The notes under the pieces are model-generated. The model did not search any database. It was not told where the DNA came from and saw nothing but the letters and a program-made list of their open reading frames with translations. From the IMG/VR virus record IMGVR_UViG_3300032093_000005: a stretch of DNA of 64,000 nucleotides; one strand, 5' to 3'. A program made the translations under genes and the position numbers. This DNA is from a virus (taxonomy: Duplodnaviria > Caudoviricetes). Shown here one piece after another: positions 28,648 to 37,027 of the stretch; the first letter of the stretch is position 1; each line of letters opens with the position of its first letter.

Positions 28648-29297
28648 TGTCTTATTTTAGAACACTACCAAACTTAGAATATCAATCATTCTTATCAGAT
28701 AAGACTTCTGTTGATGAGTATTTAACTGTAAAAAACTTATTCCGTAGAGTCAAACTTCGTGATGACTTACAAAATGTTTTTACAGTTTTTGACAAATATC
28801 AAATCATTGATGGTGCTCGACCAGATACTATTGCGGAAGAACTTTATGGTAGTTCGCAATATGATTGGGTTATTTTAATTACTGCAGGAATTACTAGAGT
28901 TAGAGATCAATGGCCGCTGTCTGATGCACAAGTTTATGATTATGCAGAGTCAATTTATGGTGCAGATTTAAATTCAATTCATCATTATGAAACAACGGAA
29001 GTCAAAGATTCTGAAGATCGTTTAATTCTTCCAGCAGGTAAAGTTGTTGATGTTGACTTTACAATTCCAAAACCAGGAGATCCAACTGCATCTTTAAATC
29101 CAGTTGTTGGTATTTCAAACTATGAGTATGAAGTTCTAAAAAACAATGACAAAAGAACCATTTATGTTCTCAAACCAGTTTATTTGCAACAAGTTTTAAA
29201 TGATGTAAGAAAGGAGATGACTTATGATCAATCATCTCAGTATGTTAATGATAAAGTAATTAGAACTGAGAACACAAGAGCGTCAAGTCCACAATAA
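28647..29297 (+). CDS. gp53: baseplate wedge subunit gp53-like
   Basis: YF..LPN..Y, KNLFRR, Y.I..G.RPD.IA..LYG....DWVIL, IHHYET. Confidence 0.9.
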   Translation: MSYFRTLPNLEYQSFLSDKTSVDEYLTVKNLFRRVKLRDDLQNVFTVFDKYQIIDGARPDTIAEELYGSSQYDWVILITAGITRVRDQWPLSDAQVYDYAESIYGADLNSIHHYETTEVKDSEDRLILPAGKVVDVDFTIPKPGDPTASLNPVVGISNYEYEVLKNNDKRTIYVLKPVYLQQVLNDVRKEMTYDQSSQYVNDKVIRTENTRASSPQ

Positions 29298-29873
29298 TTT
29301 TAATTTCTTATCAAAAACCATCACATATCGGTGTTTGCGGGAGCGTTCTTTCCATTCTCCTGCAGCACCTTTAACTTTGCCTCTAGAGTGTTTAGTTCCG
29401 TCTGCATAATAGAAATCTTTCTTTGGATCTGAAAGTCCGCAATATTTAAAATTACAAGCGCGATAGATTGTACCATTGTGGAAATCACTATCAGCGTAAG
29501 AGATGATTGCTTTAACTTCAGTATCCTTCCGTAACTGTCTAATCGATCTTGAAACAAACCAAGAAGTGATATTATGCTCGGTTCCTTGTGTTTCGGGGTG
29601 TATGCAAAGACGGGAAAGTTCAAAGAGTCCTTCTTGTTCATTCCGTTCTAATCCAAATGCTCCTTTTGCAATTTCAGGTACAGGAAGTCCAGTAAAGATA
29701 CAGACTCCCTGAATACCACCAATATTCAACGGGCAAAAGTCATTGCCCTTATAAAGACCGTAGTTGTAACCTGACTTAAAGGATTTGGAAAAGTCCTTAA
29801 GATAATGAAACCGCAGAAGTAACTCTGCGGCTTCGGATTTACTTACACGGTCAATGTAGTAATCTGTTTTCAA
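29283..29873 (-). CDS. Mom-like (GNAT-fold) DNA modification protein
   Basis: HYL, ELSRL, SWFVSRS, IISYADSDFHNGTIYRACNFKY.G motifs characteristic of the Mu Mom family. Confidence 0.75.
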   Translation of the reverse strand: MKTDYYIDRVSKSEAAELLLRFHYLKDFSKSFKSGYNYGLYKGNDFCPLNIGGIQGVCIFTGLPVPEIAKGAFGLERNEQEGLFELSRLCIHPETQGTEHNITSWFVSRSIRQLRKDTEVKAIISYADSDFHNGTIYRACNFKYCGLSDPKKDFYYADGTKHSRGKVKGAAGEWKERSRKHRYVMVFDKKLKLLWT

Positions 29874-30793
29874 TCTTCGGCAAGACGGGCGAAATACGAC
29901 AACGCATCATCATCGTCATCCTCCACAGGTGCCGCAGCACGGCGAGTAGGTTGAAGATTGTTGAGTTCACTGCGAAGATCTTCATCAAGGTCTTTCACAG
30001 GACCACGAGTATTATCCTCATCAAACTCTTCAGGGTCCTGATAGCGAGGAGTGCCTTTGGTGCCAAGCACATAGTCCAGACGCTTCTTCAAATCATCATA
30101 AGACTTGAACTGATCGGCAGCAACGAGTTCAGCAAGCGAATACTGCTTTTTCCAGATTGCTTCCATTGCGTCATCGTCGTCCAGAAGAGGGGCAGATGCA
30201 GCAAACTCAGAGGAGTCATAGTTACGATAACCAGCAACGTTCTTTGCCTTCAGTTTGAAGTTGGCACCTTGCCAGAAGTCAAATGGATCAATTGCTTCCT
30301 CATCTTCAAACTCAGGTTGCATTGCAGCGGTAAGTTTATCAAAGATCTTCTTACCATACTTGAACAGGAAGACCTTACCTTCGTTGGCGGGGTTCGCAGG
30401 GTCCTTCACCACGTAGATGTTGGAGATATAAGTCAGTTTACGCTTTTGCTTACGTGCCAGTTCTTTACCAGCATCAGTGCCGTTGTTCCACAGTTCGGAG
30501 TTCAGTTCGGACACAGGATCCTTCTGATTCAAAGTGGTGAGACTGTTTTCAATATACCAACCACCAGAACCCTGAAATGCGTGACTGTAGAGTTTCACGA
30601 ACGGCAGGTCTTCACCGTTAGGAGCAGGGAGGAAACGGATCACGGCATAACCATTATTTGCTTTGTCGCATTCTAATTTCCAGAAGCGTTCATCACTAGA
30701 ACCGCTACTAGTATTCATTTTTTCTACTTCTTTGACCAATTTGGCAGTAAGATTGCCCAGCTTGGACTGTTTTTTAAGGTCGGAAAACGACAT
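29870..30793 (-). CDS. gp32: single-stranded DNA binding protein gp32
   Basis: MSF.DLKK...D.RFWK...NGYAVIRFLPAP...WYIENSLTT...GKVFLFKYGKKIFDK; acidic tail ending YFARLAED. Confidence 0.95.
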   Translation of the reverse strand: MSFSDLKKQSKLGNLTAKLVKEVEKMNTSSGSSDERFWKLECDKANNGYAVIRFLPAPNGEDLPFVKLYSHAFQGSGGWYIENSLTTLNQKDPVSELNSELWNNGTDAGKELARKQKRKLTYISNIYVVKDPANPANEGKVFLFKYGKKIFDKLTAAMQPEFEDEEAIDPFDFWQGANFKLKAKNVAGYRNYDSSEFAASAPLLDDDDAMEAIWKKQYSLAELVAADQFKSYDDLKKRLDYVLGTKGTPRYQDPEEFDEDNTRGPVKDLDEDLRSELNNLQPTRRAAAPVEDDDDDALSYFARLAED

Positions 30794-30837
30794 TTGGATT
30801 ACCTCGGATAGTTTGGATTCGGGGGATTTACTTAGAT

Positions 30838-30866
30838 AGTATAGCGAAGATTGAATCACCTGTCAA
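30838..30866 (-). promoter_or_regulatory. sigma70 promoter for gp32
   Basis: TTGACA-N17-TATACT. Confidence 0.75.
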
Positions 30867-31188
30867 TATATTGCTTGAGTGATTCAATGGTCTTGTTCAT
30901 ACTACTGAATAAAACTTGCATATCAGTCTCTGGTGGGAAACCCATCAAGGCAACTGACTTGCGTAGGTTCTCTTTCATTTCAACCGCTTGAGGGTCGTCT
31001 GAAAGGGACAACCTAGTATACATCACTCTCTGCTTTTCTAGCAAGAGCTCAAGTTTCTCAATGTGCTCCAATTTGGTCTCACGGGACATTCCACCGAAAG
31101 TTAAAATACTTCCGTAGATTTCTTCTTGTAACTTGTTAATTTCTTTCAGTTCTTCCTGAATAATATCAGAATCGAAAAAGCTACTCAT
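30856..31188 (-). CDS. conserved cyanophage protein (DUF1825-like)
   Basis: FFDSDIIQEEL...LEKQRVMYTRLSLSDDP.A. Confidence 0.7.
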   Translation of the reverse strand: MSSFFDSDIIQEELKEINKLQEEIYGSILTFGGMSRETKLEHIEKLELLLEKQRVMYTRLSLSDDPQAVEMKENLRKSVALMGFPPETDMQVLFSSMNKTIESLKQYIDR

Positions 31189-31777
31189 CTATAATGTCCC
31201 TTAAAATTTTCTTGTAATTGAACACGTCAATATTTAGAAATGGTTTATACTTTGAAATTTTCAAACTGACGGTTTCCCACACTGGGTCCAGGAGTTGCTT
31301 ATCAAAGGTCTTCCCGAACAGGAATATTCTATCCCATATAGTAAAGGTTTCTATACTAATCTTCCCGCTCAGGAACTTTTTTAGAATGACTGGATGTTGC
31401 TTTGAAGCATCAAGAACCTGCTTTAAGTTGCTTTCAGACAACATATCTTCCGATTCTTGCTTGAAGATATAAGACAAACTTTGCTGGCGTCTCATCCAGT
31501 CAGCATAAGTTCTCTCACCCGAATTGATGATCTCACCGATCCAGAGATTACCAGGCGTGTCTGATGCTACAAAGTTTGATACTAGAAAATCTACAATTTC
31601 CTTGTCCGAAAATTTGCGACTCGTGCGTTCGAAGAAATACTTATCTTTGCGTCGATTAAAGGACGTTATACTCGCACGAGTCTTCGCACCGTACTTAAAG
31701 AAGTCGTATTTTGGATTTGTAAAATGATTTTTGAGTGACAGATAATGTTGATAAGTTTCAAAGGGTGTCACGGTCAT
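31181..31777 (-). CDS. gp59: helicase loader gp59-like
   Basis: PFETYQHYLSLKNHF...YDFFKYG...F..RKDKYFFE..S. Confidence 0.85.
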   Translation of the reverse strand: MTVTPFETYQHYLSLKNHFTNPKYDFFKYGAKTRASITSFNRRKDKYFFERTSRKFSDKEIVDFLVSNFVASDTPGNLWIGEIINSGERTYADWMRRQQSLSYIFKQESEDMLSESNLKQVLDASKQHPVILKKFLSGKISIETFTIWDRIFLFGKTFDKQLLDPVWETVSLKISKYKPFLNIDVFNYKKILRDIIDE

Positions 31778-32034
31778 AGAGGCAGTTTTGCTTTCGAAGT
31801 TCGCTTCATAAAGTTCAAACGGGTTGCATCCCATTTGAGTCGCTCTTTCAGAGGTTTTGAAATGAGTTTTGTTACTGATTCTACTTCAAGACTATTGATT
31901 TCACAATAGTGAACGATTGCGTCAATATAGTTGAAGTTTTCTTCTGCAACAATCTTTTCAATCTCAAGAGCAAACTTAGAAGGAGTTAAAAACTTATTTT
32001 CGATTGCCTGTTCCAGTTCTTTATTTGGTTCCAT
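31774..32034 (-). CDS. gp33: late transcription coactivator gp33-like
   Basis: FALEIEKIV.E...YIDAIVHYCE.N.LE.E...KLIS.PLKE.L. Confidence 0.88.
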   Translation of the reverse strand: MEPNKELEQAIENKFLTPSKFALEIEKIVAEENFNYIDAIVHYCEINSLEVESVTKLISKPLKERLKWDATRLNFMKRTSKAKLPL

Positions 32035-32701
32035 AGAGTTCCAGTTTATCTCTAACAAACTTTCTAATGTATTCTGTGAGAAGTTTGATGTACTTTGATT
32101 TGTTTCTTTCTTCATAAACGACGCATTCTCCATTTTCACAAGCCATAATGATTACAAGTTTTTTGACTGAAATACCAGTCAGTTCGTATAGCATACATCC
32201 GTAAGCCATACATTGAACAAAGTAGTGTTCGATCCACTCTCGTGGTTTTGGTTTTTTAGAAGTTTTAAAGTCAATTATTGCTAACTCGCCGTCATATTCA
32301 GCGATACAATCAACTGTCCCAGCAATACCTAATTGCTTACTATATAGGGACCCTTCTAGGGCGTAAATATTATTTATGCGATTGAGTTCTGTTTTTGAGA
32401 TTTTAAAGAGAAAGTCTGAAAGAGGTTGAACTGAGGGCAGGTCACGATTATAAAGATAGTTCTCTACAAGCGTGTGCATATCAGTTCCACGACTCGTTGC
32501 CGCTTTCGTGACACGATCCGCTTCTTCATCTCCAACTTTCTTACGCCAATTAACAAAGATCTCCTTATTAAAATGACTGGTCACCGAAGTAATGGAGACC
32601 AGTCGGAGAAGTTCTTCTTCATCAGGAATTGAGTAGTATCTTACACCATCAATTGTCTCACGCTCCAACTTAGGGAGTTCAATATCAATATGTTTGAACA
32701 T
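32021..32701 (-). CDS. PD-(D/E)XK exonuclease
   Basis: SITSV, A..RGT.MH..VE, AGTVDCIAEY.G.L.IIDFKTS, Q..AY. Confidence 0.88.
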   Translation of the reverse strand: MFKHIDIELPKLERETIDGVRYYSIPDEEELLRLVSITSVTSHFNKEIFVNWRKKVGDEEADRVTKAATSRGTDMHTLVENYLYNRDLPSVQPLSDFLFKISKTELNRINNIYALEGSLYSKQLGIAGTVDCIAEYDGELAIIDFKTSKKPKPREWIEHYFVQCMAYGCMLYELTGISVKKLVIIMACENGECVVYEERNKSKYIKLLTEYIRKFVRDKLELYGTK

Positions 32702-33459
32702 TAAAAACCAGCATCCAATTTAGCAATAATGTACTCTTTAACAAGTCCAGAACGAACAATGTCTTCTACACCAAATTCAATTATATCAAAAGATGGCATT
32801 TTACGCAAGACAGTCATAAAATCAACAATACCATTTCGTTCGTTAGTCTTCTGTAAGTCTGATTGAGAAGCATCACCACAGAAACAAATCTTGGTATTCT
32901 CACCAACACGAGTGATAATAGAATCCAATTCGTGAAAGTTTAGGTTTTGGAACTCATCCACAATAATGATAGCGTTATCAAGGGTCGTTCCACGCAAGAA
33001 TGAGGTGCTCCAAAACTTAATGGTTTCTTGAGACTTTAAGTTACCATAAAGCATCTCAAAGTCAGCATCAGAAGGCATCTGGAACATATACTTCACCATA
33101 TTCTTATAAGGAATCTGGTAAATATCTGCCTTATCATCGTGAGTTCCAGGCAGAAATCCAATCTCTCTGGTTGCAACAAGTGAACGAACAAGATAAATTC
33201 TTTCGTATGGTGTTCTTTCATCGAGAACATCTGCAAGGGCATTATAGAGTGTGATAAAGGTTTTACCTGTCCCAGCACATCCATAGGCAACAATATGTTT
33301 ACCATCATTATAAGACTCAAACAAACGTTTTTGATTGTCTGTAAGGGGATCAATGTCAACTAAGTAATCAGCACTTAGAGGTTTTCTCCTCTTCATCTGC
33401 TTTGCAGTCAAACCAACTCCGATAGGTTGATCAACGTTGCCTCTTTTTCTTCTTGCCAT
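32701..33459 (-). CDS. phoH: PhoH-family ATPase
   Basis: GCAGTGKT, IGFLPG, LRGTT, VDEFQN, TRVGE, GD..QSDL, IVRSGLV. Confidence 0.95.
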   Translation of the reverse strand: MARRKRGNVDQPIGVGLTAKQMKRRKPLSADYLVDIDPLTDNQKRLFESYNDGKHIVAYGCAGTGKTFITLYNALADVLDERTPYERIYLVRSLVATREIGFLPGTHDDKADIYQIPYKNMVKYMFQMPSDADFEMLYGNLKSQETIKFWSTSFLRGTTLDNAIIIVDEFQNLNFHELDSIITRVGENTKICFCGDASQSDLQKTNERNGIVDFMTVLRKMPSFDIIEFGVEDIVRSGLVKEYIIAKLDAGF

Positions 33460-33477
33460 TAGATTTTATTCAGATGT

Positions 33478-33726
33478 TTAAATTTTCTTTACTCTTGAGC
33501 CCGGAGCCTTGCTGGCTTTCGCAAGCACATCGTTCCATCCGGGGTTCCTTGCAACCAGTTTGTCCCGCCATTCCCCAATTTCACAGGCACTTGGTGCGGT
33601 TGATGGATCACTCCAGTCCCTAATCCAGTCAACATTATCCTTTGACCATTGATCCCAGTCGTGAATACTCATAACAACTTCTTTTTGTTCCCCAGTTTTT
33701 TTATTAATGATTGGGTATGTTGGCAT
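33478..33726 (-). CDS. conserved hypothetical protein
   Basis: MPTYP..NK.TGE.KE..MS...W; start at ATG 33726. Confidence 0.75.
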   Translation of the reverse strand: MPTYPIINKKTGEQKEVVMSIHDWDQWSKDNVDWIRDWSDPSTAPSACEIGEWRDKLVARNPGWNDVLAKASKAPGSRVKKI

Positions 33727-33758
33727 TTTTTTTACTCTCAAAACTTGTATATAAAAAA

Positions 33759-34406
33759 TTATTTATTGGTATTTCTTGTAAAGGTTCTTCCTCTCCTCCA
33801 ACCTTGAGGTATTTCATTTTCCTTAAAAACATATCTACTTTCATTGCCATCAGTAATCCACATCATAACACTTTTCCCACTATTCCAAGATTTTTTACCA
33901 TACCTATGATTTTTTTCACCAATTTGTCTCTCACTCAATTTTCTTTTAGTTTCTTCACTCCTTTTTGATCCATAGGATGGATGATCTTTACCAAACTTAC
34001 CATACATATGATTTTTTTCACCTTTTTGGCGGTCACTAAACATTTGTAAAACATCTTTACTATGTCTATATCCGTAGGCAGGATGTTTCTCTCCTATTTT
34101 ACCATACATTGGGTTATTTTTTCCATTCAAACAATAGTAGAATTTAGTTGAAGTCTGTTTTGCTCTATTCGCAAAATGAGGATTTTTATCTACTTCATAA
34201 AAATTGTGAAGAATTATTTCTGCTTCAAGTGCTTCTTCTACACTATCAAAAGTTTCTAAAATAATCTTTTGAGATGGATTAAAGTTCTTATCGTGAAAAC
34301 TTCCAAAGTAATTTACATCTTTTTCTGGAAGACAATCACATTCTCTTTTTCCAATATAACCCCTCCCATATTCCTCATAGGAATAATACACATAAAAATG
34401 TTTCAT
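33759..34406 (-). mobile_element. free-standing GIY-YIG (Seg-like) homing endonuclease with NUMOD3-type repeats
   Basis: YVYYSYEEYGRGYIGKR N-terminus, repeated NPMYGK/HPAYG and HS.ET..KLSE motifs. Confidence 0.85.
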
Positions 34407-34412
34407 ACTACT

Positions 34413-34494
34413 CTTAACTTGGTGACATAAGTATTTATAATAGAAAGGGGCATTTCTGCCCCCTTATTCTGCCTTAAATGTGTCACCAAGTTAA
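34413..34494 (-). promoter_or_regulatory. late promoter TATAAATA and terminator hairpin nested in a 15-bp inverted repeat
   Basis: CTTAACTTGGTGACA 34413-34427 / TGTCACCAAGTTAAG 34480-34494; TATAAATA 34439-34432; AAGGGGCA-4nt-TGCCCCTT stem 34445-34464. Confidence 0.75.
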
Positions 34495-34505
34495 GGCACA
34501 TTTAT

Positions 34506-35258
34506 TTATGGACTCAGACGAGCACGATGCAGTCTTTTCTCTTCATAATACTTCCAAACATTTGGTGACCATTTTTGAAGAAGAGGGACAAATTGCTCAC
34601 ACAATGCTTGAATCTCTAATTGTGCATCCATTTTTGCTCGCAGATCCATAATATGAAGAACAGAACGTAAGTTAAAAGAAACCACAAAGTTCTGACGAAT
34701 TGCTTGTGCAAGATAGTCCCTAATGTGCTCTTCGCACATTCCTTTTTCGTATTTTGTCGCATAACGCTTGCAACCTTCTACAATCCAGTTTAGTTCGTCT
34801 TGATAATCTTCTGCTGTCCAATCATACTTCTTACCATACCGATTAGTATAAAATCCAGGAGGACGCACAAAAAATACATCTTCTGGTTTAAGTTCACCGC
34901 TTGCAACTTTGATTACTCGCTTACCAGTGTAACGTTGAGATTGAACATCGAAAGTTACACCCACTCTATGAGTTCGTGCCTGCATCGCAACATTATGAAC
35001 ATACCCAGACACTGAAAAAGTAATAGAAGGGTGTTCTAGGGGGCCCCAGTGCCCTTTCTCATTGCTTAGTAGACGCTCTACAACCCATTCACCACATTCA
35101 TTTGGACTAGGAATAGTTTGGTTGTGAATTGGAGTTTCAGAATAATCACATTTACCTGCCTGATAAATGACTTGTTCTGGAAGTGCATAGCATTGAAGAA
35201 CTACTACTTCAAGATTTTTATCAAGTTCAAGAAGATCTTTTGCTTTAATAGGTTTCAT
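34506..35258 (-). CDS. thyX: flavin-dependent thymidylate synthase
   Basis: GHWGPLEH, QARTHRVGVTFDVQSQRY, E.IRDYL, N.RS..H..DLR...AQ.EI. Confidence 0.93.
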   Translation of the reverse strand: MKPIKAKDLLELDKNLEVVVLQCYALPEQVIYQAGKCDYSETPIHNQTIPSPNECGEWVVERLLSNEKGHWGPLEHPSITFSVSGYVHNVAMQARTHRVGVTFDVQSQRYTGKRVIKVASGELKPEDVFFVRPPGFYTNRYGKKYDWTAEDYQDELNWIVEGCKRYATKYEKGMCEEHIRDYLAQAIRQNFVVSFNLRSVLHIMDLRAKMDAQLEIQALCEQFVPLLQKWSPNVWKYYEEKRLHRARLSP

Positions 35259-35422
35259 TTCTTTCCAAATCCTTTTGATGTTTTTGCTTCCAGTTCTGCG
35301 AGTTCTTCTTTCAATGCTCGCAGTTGTTGTTTCATTTCTATAATTTTTTCAGCAGTGTAAAGATGCTCTTGTTTTGTAAGTTTCTCAAGCAACTTTACCA
35401 GTTCTTTTGCTCTATTAGTCAT
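35255..35422 (-). CDS. small coiled-coil protein ending KGFGKK (55 aa), not in ORF track
   Basis: Manual translation MTNRAKELVKLLEKL...EAKTSKGFGKK; ATGA overlap with thyX. Confidence 0.75.
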   Translation of the reverse strand: MTNRAKELVKLLEKLTKQEHLYTAEKIIEMKQQLRALKEELAELEAKTSKGFGKK

Positions 35423-35588
35423 CTAAATCAGAGTCCTCAAAAATTTCGTCGTAATCTAAAATTGGTCGTTTTCTTACTTCTGGTTCTGTGTACTTATATG
35501 CAGATGTATCAGAATAAATTTCTGCCTTAAGAGAATCAACCAAGAGTTCAAGATTACGAACAATCAGTTTTAGTTTGTCTTTGTCCAT
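35415..35588 (-). CDS. small hypothetical protein (57 aa), not in ORF track
   Basis: Manual translation MDKDKLKLIVRNLELLVDSLKAEIYSD...DYDEIFEDSDLDD. Confidence 0.75.
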   Translation of the reverse strand: MDKDKLKLIVRNLELLVDSLKAEIYSDTSAYKYTEPEVRKRPILDYDEIFEDSDLDD

Positions 35589-35619
35589 AAGATATCATTC
35601 TCTCTCAAGATTTTAGCAT

Positions 35620-35646
35620 AAAAAAAGGAGGGGATCAACCCTCCTT
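35620..35646 (-). terminator. intrinsic terminator
   Basis: AAGGAGGG/CCCTCCTT stem followed by T-run on minus strand. Confidence 0.8.
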
Positions 35647-35650
35647 AATG

Positions 35651-35743
35651 TCATCGCATTGCCATTGCAAGTTGTGCTTTGTATTTACGATCTTCTTTTT
35701 TCTTTTGATCTTTAATAAGTTGAAGTACATTAATTTTCTTCAT
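35651..35743 (-). CDS. 30-aa basic peptide, not in ORF track
   Basis: MKKINVLQLIKDQKKKEDRKYKAQLAMAMR; start overlaps stop of upstream gene; followed by terminator. Confidence 0.55.
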   Translation of the reverse strand: MKKINVLQLIKDQKKKEDRKYKAQLAMAMR

Positions 35744-35880
35744 CACTTATGCCCCTCCTTTACAAACTTAACACCACGATAGGTTTCGTTGTATTGTTGG
35801 GGTTGCTGCATCATCTGTTGTTGATACTCAAGACGCTTTTGAGTATCATATTCAATGCCGCGATATACGACTTTAGACAT
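35743..35880 (-). CDS. DUF4278-like small protein (45 aa), not in ORF track
   Basis: MSKVVYRGIEYDT...NETYRGVKF, two YRG motifs; strong AAGGAG RBS. Confidence 0.8.
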   Translation of the reverse strand: MSKVVYRGIEYDTQKRLEYQQQMMQQPQQYNETYRGVKFVKEGHK

Positions 35881-35912
35881 TAGGTTTCTCCTTAGTTTTT
35901 TAGGTTAAAGAG

Positions 35913-35963
35913 CGTTCCTTCAGTCGGCGTTTGCGTTCGGTATTTGCGAATACCGAATGAACG
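35913..35963 (-). ncRNA. glutamine riboswitch-like aptamer (downstream copy)
   Basis: CGTTC...GAACG closing stem, ATTCGGTATT/AATACCGAA hairpin, CGCAAACGCCGACTGAAGGAACG core resembling glnA/Downstream-peptide RNAs. Confidence 0.75.
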
Positions 35964-36510
35964 ACCTACTCTTTTTCCACCTACGAATAGAAGTATGACT
36001 AGTCCCATACATTTCACCAAGTTCTCTAATAGGTATATCTAAGATAGAAGGATTTTTATCTACGTCTTCCAAGAAAACTTTATATCCACCACCCCTTCTT
36101 CTATCATTTAGATATTTTTCAGGAGTGTTGATATAAGTAGATAAATCTCTCAGTCTACCTTTAACCCAACCATTAGGTATTTGGTTTTTATGGACTAGTT
36201 TTTCTTCTATTCCATTATTCACACGAACCATACCATAGGAGCATAGACCAACTTTTGTTGACTTCACCTTATTAGCGAAGTGTTGATTCTCATCAACAGA
36301 GAAGAACTCATGGAGTTTTATTTCTGCTAAGTGTGCATCTTCTCTAGTCTCGTGGATGGATAGGATAATTTTTTCAGTTGGACTGAAAGTTTCATCCGTA
36401 TAACTCCCCATATAAAAATCCATAGAAGGTTCTACAGAAGAACCCCTAGAACCAATATATCCACGACCATAAGGTTCGTATGAGTAGTAGGTATAGAAAA
36501 ACATAGGCAT
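35920..36510 (-). mobile_element. GIY-YIG (Seg-like) homing endonuclease with C-terminal HTH
   Basis: FYTYYSYEPYGRGYIGSR, HFANK, IPNGWVKGR, IRELGEMYGTSHTSIRRW; similar N-terminus to 33759-34406. Confidence 0.82.
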
Positions 36511-36512
36511 CC

Positions 36513-36553
36513 CGTTCCGCGTCGGCTTACTTCCGTCTGTTTCCAGATGAACG
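36513..36553 (-). ncRNA. glutamine riboswitch-like aptamer (upstream copy)
   Basis: CGTTC-A-TCTGGAAACAGA-CGGAAGTA-AGCCGACGCG-GAACG; CGGAAGUA loop-E element typical of glnA RNAs. Confidence 0.78.
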
Positions 36554-36560
36554 TAAGGTC

Positions 36561-36589
36561 ATTATAGACCTTTTCAGATTATATAGCAA
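36561..36589 (-). promoter_or_regulatory. sigma70 promoter for the riboswitch leader
   Basis: TTGCTA-N17-TATAAT ending 7 nt before aptamer 1. Confidence 0.7.
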
Positions 36590-36673
36590 TATTACTGTGT
36601 ATAAAATGTTACACTTTTACAAATCTTAAGGGGGCAAAAAAATTGCCGGGATTTTTTCCCAGCATTTTGTAAA

Positions 36674-37027
36674 TCACTTTCGCTTTTTCTTTTCGGGGGA
36701 TTTGTAACCCCAGAGTTTTGGATTGACTCGTCCGTATCCAAAGTCAATACTCTTCAGATTGCCACGAAACTTATCCCAGTACATATCAAACAATTTAATT
36801 CTACTTCCTCTTGTAAGATCAAAACAGATCTTTTCATCTACAAAATACTTTATGATATAAGCATCATTTGGAGCTTCTTTAGTACAAACGTCAGTATATG
36901 AACCATTTTCAATCAGAATATCACAACCATAACGTGACTTACAAGTTTCTTTTTCTGCTGATGTCCAATGGTCCATATTATTTTCCGTATTTTGCTTTAC
37001 TCCAATTACATCATGAACTTGACTCAC
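36674..37027 (-). CDS. conserved hypothetical protein (start uncertain)
   Basis: ORF track; FDMYWDKF...YG..NPKLW. Confidence 0.7.
   Translation of the reverse strand: MSQVHDVIGVKQNTENNMDHWTSAEKETCKSRYGCDILIENGSYTDVCTKEAPNDAYIIKYFVDEKICFDLTRGSRIKLFDMYWDKFRGNLKSIDFGYGRVNPKLWGYKSPEKKKRK

Noticed and set aside
29951-30676. 241-aa plus-strand ORF antisense to gp32
   Set aside because: Mirror-frame artefact of biased codon usage in a highly expressed gene; no motif, RBS or promoter
32021-32701. Cas4-like nuclease suggesting CRISPR involvement
   Set aside because: Generic PD-(D/E)XK exonuclease in the usual T4-like gp33/phoH context; no array or other cas genes
36631-36663. A/T-run-flanked GC hairpin
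   Set aside because: Best explained as a plain intrinsic terminator of the upstream operon; the stem is imperfect, so it is not listed as a firm feature
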